Shown here: one piece after another, positions 28,119 to 35,877 of the stretch
Numbering within the stretch: position 1 is the first letter of the stretch
Layout of the letters: every line of letters begins with the position of its first letter
Assembly (NCBI GenBank): GCA_046352645.1
Contig: JBJTJV010000024.1
Location: 1-35,877, forward strand
Direction of reading: 5' to 3'
From: Chloroflexota bacterium
GTDB taxonomy: Bacteria; Chloroflexota; Limnocylindria; Limnocylindrales; CSP1-4
Length of the DNA: 35,877 nucleotides
Translations under genes and position numbers: made by a program
Notes under the pieces: model-generated
The model's input: the letters and a program-made list of their open reading frames with translations, nothing else
Told to the model about the DNA's origin: nothing
The model's database searches: none

Positions 28119-28531
28119 GCGGCCAGGACGAGCCAGACGAAGACGCCGAAGAGCAGGAGCGCGCCCGCAAGGACGCCGACCCAGACGAAGCGGAAGAGGC
28201 CGCGGCCGCGATCGATCGGCAGCCATGCGAAGGCCGAGCGCCAGATGCGCACGATCGCGTCGAGGGAGACCGCGACGAGGAAGGGCGTGCCGACAAGGAC
28301 GGGGATCTTCACCCAGGGCGAGGAGAACGGCGTACCGAGCTCGAGCGCGACGATCGTGATCGTGCCGCAGATGAGGACGACGATGGAGAGGTAGATGAAG
28401 ACACCGGCGAGGGGCGTCGGGCGCGTCTCGGGGACGCGCTGGGGGATGAGCGGCCTGCCGTCCGGGCCGAGCCGGACGCTCCCCTCCTGACGGTCGAGGG
28501 CGGGTCCGCCGATCGGCTCCTCGTGTTCCAC
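28115..28531 (-). CDS. Small three-TM membrane protein of unknown function
   Basis: GTG 28531 lies 6 nt after TACACT; three hydrophobic helices; coupled to the NUDIX gene. Confidence 0.7.
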   Translation of the reverse strand: MEHEEPIGGPALDRQEGSVRLGPDGRPLIPQRVPETRPTPLAGVFIYLSIVVLICGTITIVALELGTPFSSPWVKIPVLVGTPFLVAVSLDAIVRIWRSAFAWLPIDRGRGLFRFVWVGVLAGALLLFGVFVWLVLAA

Positions 28532-28574
28532 GGACGGAGTGTAGGACGGGAGCGGCACGGCCCGCCGGGACGGG

Positions 28575-29420
28575 TCAGGGCGCGGGGTGGCGCAGGCGGG
28601 CCTCGAGCGCGGCGATCCGGCGGCGGAGCTCCGCCTGGTGCCTGCCTGCCTCGTCCGCGAGGCGCGCGAGCTCGGCGATCTCGTCGAGGGCGTCGCCACT
28701 GCCCGTGGGCGCGGACGACGGCGCGGGCTCCGCCGCGGCCGCACCGCCGGCGGGCGTGCCGATGAGCTTCTGGGCGATGTACGCGGTGAGCACGGAGAAG
28801 AGCGCGATGCCCGCGACGAGCAGGAGGACGCCGAGGAGGCGGCCCTCGGTGGTCACCGGGTAGCGGTCCCCGTAGCCGACCGTGGTGATCGTCACGTACG
28901 CCCACCACACGGCGTCGATGCCGGTCCGGATGTTCGCGTCCGGGGAGCGCTGCTCCACCGCCACGATGGCGGCCCCGGCGACCTCCACCACGAGGATGAC
29001 GAGCGCGACGGTGAGCCCGAACGCGCTCGCCGACCGGTTCGTGCGCAGCTCGCCGACGAACCGGTCGGCACCGTGGGCGCGCAGCTTGCGGGCGACCCGC
29101 ACGAGCCGGAAGACGCGGAGGATGCGGAAGAGCGGCAGGATCGCGAGGAGGTCCGCCCAGCCCCAGTCCTGGAGAAGGTAGCGAGACCGCGGGTGCGACG
29201 CCCGCAGGCGCTTGGCGAAGTCGATGACGAAGAAGAGGGTGAGCGTCAGGTCCGTGATGATGATGACCTGGCGCGCCGCACCATCGACGAACGGGATGAT
29301 GAAGAGGTTCGCGATGGAGATGAGCGAGATGATGAGGATGAAGAGCTCGTAGCTCGTCGAGCCGATCCCCCTGCCCGCCCGCTCCTCGTCGAGGTCCTGT
29401 GCGGCTCCGTCGTGCGACAT
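28575..29420 (-). CDS. Six-TM voltage-gated potassium channel (KvAP-like)
   Basis: S4 FRILRVFRLVRVARKLR; pore WWAYVTITTVGYGD; C-terminal coiled coil; ATG 29420 lies 7 nt after TACCAT. Confidence 0.9.
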   Translation of the reverse strand: MSHDGAAQDLDEERAGRGIGSTSYELFILIISLISIANLFIIPFVDGAARQVIIITDLTLTLFFVIDFAKRLRASHPRSRYLLQDWGWADLLAILPLFRILRVFRLVRVARKLRAHGADRFVGELRTNRSASAFGLTVALVILVVEVAGAAIVAVEQRSPDANIRTGIDAVWWAYVTITTVGYGDRYPVTTEGRLLGVLLLVAGIALFSVLTAYIAQKLIGTPAGGAAAAEPAPSSAPTGSGDALDEIAELARLADEAGRHQAELRRRIAALEARLRHPAP

Positions 29421-29497
29421 CGACTCCATGGTACGCCTCGGGCGTGCCGCGGGTCCGGGGAGAGCGGCGGAGGAGCGTCCCCGGCTACCATCCGCCC

Positions 29498-30700
29498 ATG
29501 CCGATCTTCGCCGGCCTCGCGCCGCTCCCGCCCGACCCGATCCTCGGCCTGACCGAGGAGTACACCCGCGACCCGCGCACGGAGAAGGTGACGCTCGCCT
29601 CCGGCGTCTACGTGGACGAGACAGGCATCACACCCGTGCTGCCGAGCGTCGCGGAGGCGGAGCGACGGATCCTCGCCGCGCAGACGACCAAGCTGTACAA
29701 GCCGATCGCGGGCGATCCTGCCTACCTGCGGGCAGTGCGCGGGCTCGTCTTCGGCGCCGAGCACCCCGCGATCGCCGAGGGACGCGTGGAGACGCTCCAC
29801 ACGCCCGGCGGCACGGGGGCGCTACGCGTCGCGGCGGACCTCGTCCGGCGCCTGCGCCCGGGCGCCACGGTGCACGTGAGCACGCCCACCTGGCCCAACC
29901 ACCCGCAGATCTTCGCCGCCGCGGGCCTCGCGACCGCGAGCTACCCCTACCTGGACCCGGCGACCGGCACGCTGGACGCGGACGGGATGCTCGCGGGGCT
30001 TGCCGCCGCCGCGCCCGGCGACGTCGTCCTCCTCCACGCCTGCTGCCACAACCCCTCGGGCGTGGACCCGGCCCCGGAGCTGTGGGAGCGCATCGCCGCG
30101 GTCGTCACGGAGCGCGACCTGCTACCGCTCCTCGACTTCGCCTACCAGGGCTTCGGGGACGGGCTCGCGGAGGACGCGGTCGCGCTCCGGGCGCTCGTCC
30201 GGCCGGGGGCGGAGCTGCTCGTCGCCTCGTCGTTCTCCAAGAACTTCGCGCTCTACGACGAGCGCGTCGGGGCGCTCTCCATCGTGGGGCGGACGCGCGA
30301 GGAGACGACGGCCGTCCTCTCGCACGCGAAGGCCGCCGTGCGCGCCAACTACTCCAACCCGCCGGCGCACGGCGGCGAGGTCGTCGCCACGATCCTCGCG
30401 GACGCGGAGCTGCGGACGCGCTGGGAGGCGGAGGTGACCGAGATGCGCGGCCGGATCCACGGGAACCGGCGGGCGTTCGTCGCGGGGCTCGGCGCGGAGG
30501 GTGCCACCGGCTGGGAGAAGCTCCTCGCGCAGCGCGGCATGTTCTCGCTCCTCGGGATGAGCGCGGACCAGGTCCGCCGGCTGAAGGACGAGCACGGCGT
30601 CTACGTCGTGGGCGGCGGCCGGGTGAACGTGGCCGGGCTCACGCAGGCGAACCTCGGGCCCGCCTGCCGGGCGATCGCGGCGGTCCTCCGCGCAGGCTGA
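29498..30700 (+). CDS. aspC: Aspartate/aromatic amino acid aminotransferase (AspC/TyrB, subgroup Ia)
   Basis: PPDPILGL, TPGGTGALR, PTWPNH, HACCHNPSG, DFAYQGF, SFSKNFALYDERVG, YSNPPAHG; TACCAT 6 nt upstream of ATG. Confidence 0.9.
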   Translation: MPIFAGLAPLPPDPILGLTEEYTRDPRTEKVTLASGVYVDETGITPVLPSVAEAERRILAAQTTKLYKPIAGDPAYLRAVRGLVFGAEHPAIAEGRVETLHTPGGTGALRVAADLVRRLRPGATVHVSTPTWPNHPQIFAAAGLATASYPYLDPATGTLDADGMLAGLAAAAPGDVVLLHACCHNPSGVDPAPELWERIAAVVTERDLLPLLDFAYQGFGDGLAEDAVALRALVRPGAELLVASSFSKNFALYDERVGALSIVGRTREETTAVLSHAKAAVRANYSNPPAHGGEVVATILADAELRTRWEAEVTEMRGRIHGNRRAFVAGLGAEGATGWEKLLAQRGMFSLLGMSADQVRRLKDEHGVYVVGGGRVNVAGLTQANLGPACRAIAAVLRAG

Positions 30701-30736
30701 CGCCGCGGACGCCCCGCGGCACCGGGGGCGGCGCGC

Positions 30737-31636
30737 CTACCCCTCGGCGAGCAGCTCGTCCCGCGCGGCGAGCTGCGCCGCCCGCGCCTCGGGCGAGACC
30801 TCCGGGAACCGCGGGTCGATCCGGCGCAGGGCGTCCACGATCGCCGCGGCCGCGACGAGCCGCGCGAACCACTTGTGGTCCGCGGGGATGACGTACCAGG
30901 GCGCATCCGCCGTGCTCGTGGCGGAGATCGCATCGGCATAGGCCGCCTGGTACGCGTCCCAGTGGCGCCGCTCGCGGATGTCCGCGGCGGAGAACTTCCA
31001 GTGCTTCGTGGGATCCTCGATCCGCTCGAGGAAGCGGCGGCGCTGCTCGTCCTTCGACACGTTGAGGAAGAGCTTCACGATGCGCGTCCCGTTGTCGTGG
31101 AGGCGCCGTTCGAAGTCGCCGATCTCGCGGTAGCGGCGCTTCCAGATGCCGGGCCCGGTCGTGCCCGGGGGCAGGCGCTGCGCCCCGAGCAGCTCGGGGT
31201 GGACACGCACCACGAGGACCTCCTCGTAGTACGAGCGGTTGAAGATGCCGATCGTCCCGCGCGAAGGGAGACGCACCGTGGTGCGCCAGAGATAGTCGTG
31301 GTCGAGCTCGGCGGCGGACGGCGCCTTGTAGCTCGTGACCTCGACGCCCTGCGGGTTCACCCCGCTCATCACGTGTCGGATGGTGCCGTCCTTGCCGGCC
31401 GCGTCCATCGCCTGGAGGATCACGAGGAGCGACCAGCGGTCCTGGGCCGCCAGCCGCTCCTGGTGCTCGGAGAGCAGGCGGACGCCCGCCGCGAGCAGGT
31501 CCTTCGCGTCCTCCTTGCGGACGAGCTCGTGCGTGTCCGCGGGGTCGAAGTCCGCGGGCAGCCGGATGCGCCGGCCGGGCGCCACCCGATAGGGCGCGAT
31601 CAGCCGCTCGATGCGCTGCGCATCGCCACGCTTCAT
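30737..31636 (-). CDS. ppk2: Polyphosphate kinase 2 (class III-like)
   Basis: LQAMDAAGKDGTI, GVNPQG, FNRSYYEEVLVVRVH, WKFS..D, PWYVIPADHKW; ATGA overlap with ATPase stop. Confidence 0.93.
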   Translation of the reverse strand: MKRGDAQRIERLIAPYRVAPGRRIRLPADFDPADTHELVRKEDAKDLLAAGVRLLSEHQERLAAQDRWSLLVILQAMDAAGKDGTIRHVMSGVNPQGVEVTSYKAPSAAELDHDYLWRTTVRLPSRGTIGIFNRSYYEEVLVVRVHPELLGAQRLPPGTTGPGIWKRRYREIGDFERRLHDNGTRIVKLFLNVSKDEQRRRFLERIEDPTKHWKFSAADIRERRHWDAYQAAYADAISATSTADAPWYVIPADHKWFARLVAAAAIVDALRRIDPRFPEVSPEARAAQLAARDELLAEG

Positions 31637-34389
31637 GCCGCGGCCCCGGCGCCGGGCTCCGCGGCCGGCGTCACGACCGGCAGCGCATCGTCCCCGAACC
31701 GCCAGATCCGCTTGCGCACCTCGCTCACGACAAGGATGGCAAGGCCCGCGCCGAGCGCGATCGCCCACTGCTCCCAGGTGAGCGAGACGGTGCCGAGCAG
31801 CCGCTGGAGCGGCCCGAGCTCGACCGCGAGGAACGTGACGACGGCCGAGATGAGCGTGGACCGGACGAGCGTGCGGTCCGACGCAACGTCGATCTCCAGG
31901 AGCGAGCGATCCTCGTCCTTCGTCGCCCAGGAGAAGCAGACGACGAGCGTGGAGAAGGTGATGAAGCCCATGGTCCGCGCGATCGCGTCCCCGTAGGCAT
32001 CGCTCGCCCAGGCCATCACGAGGAGCGTGACGAGGCCCATGCAGACGCCCGCGAGGGCGAGCCAGGCGAGGACCGGCCGGGGCAGGATCGCCTGGCCCGG
32101 GGGACGTGGCCGGCGGGTCATCAGGCCCTCTGCGGGCGCCCCGTAGCCGAGCCCGAGGGCCTGGGAGGCCTGAACGGTGAAGCTGATCCAGAGCGACTGG
32201 AGGGGCAGGAACGGGATCCCGCCGAGGACGCCGAGGACCGCCGCACCGAAGAACGTGGTCATCAGACCGAAGAGCGTGCCGAAGGCATTGCGCACGTACT
32301 TGCGCAGGTTGTCGTAGAGGCCGCGGCCTTCCTCGACGGCGCGCACGATCGTGCCGAAGTCGTCGTCCGTGAGGATCATCACCGCGGCCTCCTTGGAGAC
32401 CTCGCTCCCGGCGATGCCCATCGCGACACCGATGTCCGCACGCTTGAGCGCCGGTGCGTCGTTCACGCCGTCCCCGGTCATCGCCACGACCTGGCCGCGG
32501 CGCTGGAGGATCTCCACGAGCCGGACCTTGTCCGCGGGCGTCACGCGCGCGATCACGCCGATGCCGTCGACCTCGGCGAGCGCCTGCGCGTCGGACATCG
32601 CGGCCCACTCGCTGCCGGTGATCGCGCGGCCGCGGATGCCGAGCCGGCGCGCGATCGCCTCCGCGGTCACGGCATGGTCCCCGGTGATCATCCGGACCTC
32701 GATGCCGGCCGCCTGCGCGACCGCGATCGCGTGCTGCGCGGCGGGCCGGGGCGGATCGACGATGCCCACGAGCGCGAGGAGGGTGAGCCCCTCGAGGAGG
32801 CCGAGGAGGTCGGCGGCCGGGTCGAAGCCGGCCGGGTCGAAGTCCTTCCGCGCCGTCGCCATGACGCGCAATCCCTCGCGGCCGAGCCGCTCGTTCTCCG
32901 CGAGGTAGGCGTCCCGGAGTGAAGCGTCCACCGGGAGCGGGTGGAGGTCGTCCGGGTCGAGGGCATGCGTGCCGCGCGCGAGGAGCTGGTCCGGCGCGCC
33001 CTTCACGAAGGCGCGGATGACATCGGCGCCGGACTCGTCGCGGAGCGCGTGGAAGGTGGCCATGAGCTTGTACGCGGAATCGAACGGCAGGGTCGCGAGG
33101 CGCGGATATGCCGCCCGCGTCTCGAGGGCGCTCACGCCGCCCTTGGCGGCGAGGACGACGAGCGCGCCCTCCGTGGGATCGCCCACGAGGTCGCCGTCGC
33201 GCACCACCGCATCCGAGGCGAGGACCATCGGCATGAGGAACGCGTCGAGCGGCACCTCGGCCGCGCCGGCGGTGCGCAGGATCGCGCCGTCGCTCGCGTA
33301 GCCGGAGCCGTCCACCGCGTAGCGCCGGCCGGGGATCGCCATGCTCACCGCGGTCATCTGGTTGAGCGTGAGCGTGCCGGTCTTGTCCGAGCAGATCGCG
33401 GATGTCGCGCCGAGCGTCTCCACCGAGCGCATCCGCTTCACGATCGCGTTGGAGCGCGCGAGCGCCTGCGTGCCTGCCGAGAGGATCGCCGTGACGACGA
33501 TCGGCAGGCCGGTGGGGATCGCGGCGACCGTGAAGGCGACCGCGCTCACGAAGAGCTCCTCGATCGGCACGCCGCGCGCGAGGCCCAGGAGGACGGATGC
33601 GCCGAGCGCTCCCGCGGCGATGAGGATCACGAGGTTCGTGAGCCGGGTGAGCTGGCGCGTGAGCGGGGTCTCGGTCTCGCCGGTCGCCGCGAGCATGCCG
33701 GAGATGCGGCCGACCTCCGTGGCCATCCCCGTGGCGGTGACGAGGAGCTCGGCCGAGCCGCGGGTGACGCTCGTCTGCATCCAGGCCATCGAGGTGCGGT
33801 CGCCCAGCGGCGTCTCCACGCTCGCGACGGCGTCCGGCCCCTTGGCCACGGGCAGGCCCTCGCCGGTGAGCGCGGCCTCGTCCACCTCGAGGGTGGCCGA
33901 GACGAGGATCCGCGCATCGGCCGGGATGCGGTCGCCCGCCTCCACGATCGCGATGTCGCCCGGGACGAGCTCGGTGGCGGGGATCGAGCGCAGCTCACCG
34001 TCGCGTCGGACGCGCGCGAAGGCCGTCATGGAGCCTGCCAGCGCGGCCACCGCGGCCGCCGCCTTCCCTTCCTGCGAGAGCCCCATCGCCGCGTTCAGGA
34101 GGGTGAGGAGGAAGAGGAGGATGCCGGTGGGGACCTCGCCGACGAGGACGATGCTCACGACGCCCGTGCCCAGCAGCACGAGCTGCATCGGGTCCGCGTA
34201 CTGGCGGACCAGGCGGACGAGGAGGTGGGGCGGTGGCGCGGCGCTGAGGGCGTTCGGGCCGTGGCGGCCGGCGCGCACGGAAGCCTCGGCGGCCGTCAAC
34301 CCGCGGACGCGGTCGCTGCCCGCGGCGGCGACCGCCGCATCCGGATCGAGCGTGTGCCAGGCGACCGACCCGCTCCCGCCATCCGCCAT
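31633..34389 (-). CDS. P-type ATPase (type IIA-like scaffold) with non-canonical transport site
   Basis: LTGEG, CSDKTGTLT, KGAP, MITGD, TGDGVNDAPALKRADIGVAMG; M4 reads IPTGLP; GGGAG RBS before ATG 34389. Confidence 0.92.
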   Translation of the reverse strand: MADGGSGSVAWHTLDPDAAVAAAGSDRVRGLTAAEASVRAGRHGPNALSAAPPPHLLVRLVRQYADPMQLVLLGTGVVSIVLVGEVPTGILLFLLTLLNAAMGLSQEGKAAAAVAALAGSMTAFARVRRDGELRSIPATELVPGDIAIVEAGDRIPADARILVSATLEVDEAALTGEGLPVAKGPDAVASVETPLGDRTSMAWMQTSVTRGSAELLVTATGMATEVGRISGMLAATGETETPLTRQLTRLTNLVILIAAGALGASVLLGLARGVPIEELFVSAVAFTVAAIPTGLPIVVTAILSAGTQALARSNAIVKRMRSVETLGATSAICSDKTGTLTLNQMTAVSMAIPGRRYAVDGSGYASDGAILRTAGAAEVPLDAFLMPMVLASDAVVRDGDLVGDPTEGALVVLAAKGGVSALETRAAYPRLATLPFDSAYKLMATFHALRDESGADVIRAFVKGAPDQLLARGTHALDPDDLHPLPVDASLRDAYLAENERLGREGLRVMATARKDFDPAGFDPAADLLGLLEGLTLLALVGIVDPPRPAAQHAIAVAQAAGIEVRMITGDHAVTAEAIARRLGIRGRAITGSEWAAMSDAQALAEVDGIGVIARVTPADKVRLVEILQRRGQVVAMTGDGVNDAPALKRADIGVAMGIAGSEVSKEAAVMILTDDDFGTIVRAVEEGRGLYDNLRKYVRNAFGTLFGLMTTFFGAAVLGVLGGIPFLPLQSLWISFTVQASQALGLGYGAPAEGLMTRRPRPPGQAILPRPVLAWLALAGVCMGLVTLLVMAWASDAYGDAIARTMGFITFSTLVVCFSWATKDEDRSLLEIDVASDRTLVRSTLISAVVTFLAVELGPLQRLLGTVSLTWEQWAIALGAGLAILVVSEVRKRIWRFGDDALPVVTPAAEPGAGAAA

Positions 34390-34462
34390 CGTCGTCTCCC
34401 GTGGTCGTCGCGTCCCTGCGTCCCGCACAGGGTAGCGGAGGGCGGCTGCGCCGCGCCCGTGG

Positions 34463-35242
34463 TCAGCCCTGCGCGGGCTCCTCGAGCAGCCGCTGGCCGC
34501 GCGGCTCCCAGCCCAGGAGCAGCTTCGCCTTCGTGATGTTGTGGTCCCGCTGGTGCTCGTCTGCGGCGAGGAGGACCGGGTCGAAGCGGGCGCTGCCGAC
34601 CTGGACGACCTCCAGGGAGCGGAGGATCGCGTCCGCGAGGTCCTCCTCGTCCATCACGTAGAGCTCCGGGTAGATCGGGTTGCGGCGCTCGGCGATGAAG
34701 GCTTCGCGGGTCCGCGGCCCGGTGATCCGGAGCGCGATGATGCGCATCCCGAAGTTCGAGCAGAAGTACTGGCAGACGCGCTCCCCGATCCCCTTCGTGA
34801 AGCCGTAGATCGAGGCGGCGTCGAGGAGCGAGGTCTCCTCCGATTCGTAGCGCACGATCCGGCCGTCCTGGGTCCGGCGCTGGAAGTGGACGCTCCGGGT
34901 GCTCACGTGGACGCCGCGGGTGATGCCCATCGACTGGGCGGTCCAGAGGAGGAGATGGAGGCCGGAGACGTTCACCTGGTAGTTGTTGCGGATCGATTCG
35001 GGGGTCTGCTCGGTCTCGTTCGCGCCGCCCGCGTTGCGCATCACCATCGTGACGAACGAATCCATCCCCTCGAGCGCCCGGGCGACCGCCGCCTCGTCAT
35101 CGATCGAGCCCTGGACGTACTCCACGAGATCGGGATGCTTCGGCGGGACGACGTCGAGGACGCGGATCGTGTGGTGCTTCGCGAGGTACGGGGTGACGAA
35201 CGTTCCGACCATCCCCGACCCGCCGACGAGCAGGACCTTCAT
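34463..35242 (-). CDS. NAD-dependent epimerase/dehydratase (extended SDR)
   Basis: VLLVGGSGMVG; YGFTK catalytic YxxxK; GAGGAG RBS. Confidence 0.85.
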   Translation of the reverse strand: MKVLLVGGSGMVGTFVTPYLAKHHTIRVLDVVPPKHPDLVEYVQGSIDDEAAVARALEGMDSFVTMVMRNAGGANETEQTPESIRNNYQVNVSGLHLLLWTAQSMGITRGVHVSTRSVHFQRRTQDGRIVRYESEETSLLDAASIYGFTKGIGERVCQYFCSNFGMRIIALRITGPRTREAFIAERRNPIYPELYVMDEEDLADAILRSLEVVQVGSARFDPVLLAADEHQRDHNITKAKLLLGWEPRGQRLLEEPAQG

Positions 35243-35299
35243 GCAGCTCTCCTCTTCCCCTCTTCCCCGACGGGCCGCGCGCCCGCCGGTCGCGCGGAT

Positions 35300-35818
35300 C
35301 TAGGCGCCCTGCGGCGCGGTGTAGCCCGCCTTGCCGCCGTAGCCGCGGAGCTTGAACGCCTGGACCCACGGCACCTTCGCGTTCACCCGCTGAAGGAGAG
35401 CGGCGTAGCCCGCCTCCGAGTACGGGTGCCCCTGGACGGGGATGAAGCGGCATCGCCACCAGCCGACGTTGTCCATGCGGCCGCCCGCGGTCGGGTAGAC
35501 GAGCGTGCCGCGGGTGGAGATGAACTCCAGCCACCAGTCGGGGCCCGCGACCGCGGAGAGCATCGCGCCGAGCGCCTGGGGGTCCATCGCCGCCTCGACG
35601 TAGATGTCCACGCCGTGGATCGTCGTCTCGATCGCGCGGGCGGCGCCGGTCGCCCAGCGGGCGCGCGGGGCAGGGACGGGCTCGGTCCGCTTGCCGGCCT
35701 TCGACGGATAGCGGACCGAGGGCGCCCTGCCGAAGCTCTCGATCACCTTGTCCGCGAAGCCCGATGTGGACGTCGCGGACTCCACGTCGCCGGGGTTGAG
35801 GGTGACCTGGTGGCTCAT
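35300..35818 (-). CDS. Isocitrate dehydrogenase derivative: N-terminal strand fused to the C-terminal domain of long-type IDH, catalytic core absent
   Basis: AGGAGG RBS; MSHQVTLNPGD then STSGFADKVI, GVDIYVE, ISTRGT.VYP, WRCRF, KL...G..G.T..QG as in Thermus/Rickettsia-type IDH C-termini. Confidence 0.7.
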   Translation of the reverse strand: MSHQVTLNPGDVESATSTSGFADKVIESFGRAPSVRYPSKAGKRTEPVPAPRARWATGAARAIETTIHGVDIYVEAAMDPQALGAMLSAVAGPDWWLEFISTRGTLVYPTAGGRMDNVGWWRCRFIPVQGHPYSEAGYAALLQRVNAKVPWVQAFKLRGYGGKAGYTAPQGA

Positions 35819-35877
35819 GGCACCTCCTGGGTCGGGGGCTCGGCGAGGTTCGACTGGGTCTGGGGCTCGGGCCACGC

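Overview
Very GC-rich bacterial chromosome segment with no rRNA, tRNA, CRISPR array, integrase or transposase that I can see. The gene content and many apparently leaderless genes suggest a monoderm such as a freshwater or soil Chloroflexota or Actinomycetota; this is inference only. In order: a DTE-motif xanthorhodopsin-like proton pump; an atypical P-type ATPase; secreted and membrane hypotheticals; an FAD-binding protein; pip; a tartrate/D-malate dehydrogenase-like enzyme; a LON-N domain protein; erpA; and a PaaJ/PcaF-like thiolase. Next come two tandem paralogous TadE-TadE-TadG-like minor pilin cassettes without Tad machinery, then a degenerate 3-hydroxyacyl-CoA dehydrogenase, enoyl-CoA hydratase, alpha/beta hydrolase, flavin reductase and dGTPase. 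A LolA-fold protein is followed in frame, after a TAG, by an unannotated His-less Hpt-like domain. Then come a small Cys/His protein, a GT-C-like membrane protein, and a c-di-GMP-II-type riboswitch before a small membrane protein. The remainder holds an NHL propeller, NUDIX, Kv channel, AspC, a PPK2 coupled to a P-type ATPase lacking the Ca2+ ligands, an SDR epimerase and an isocitrate dehydrogenase derivative missing its catalytic core. Several single-base anomalies (lost stop, missing starts) may be consensus errors and need read-level checking.
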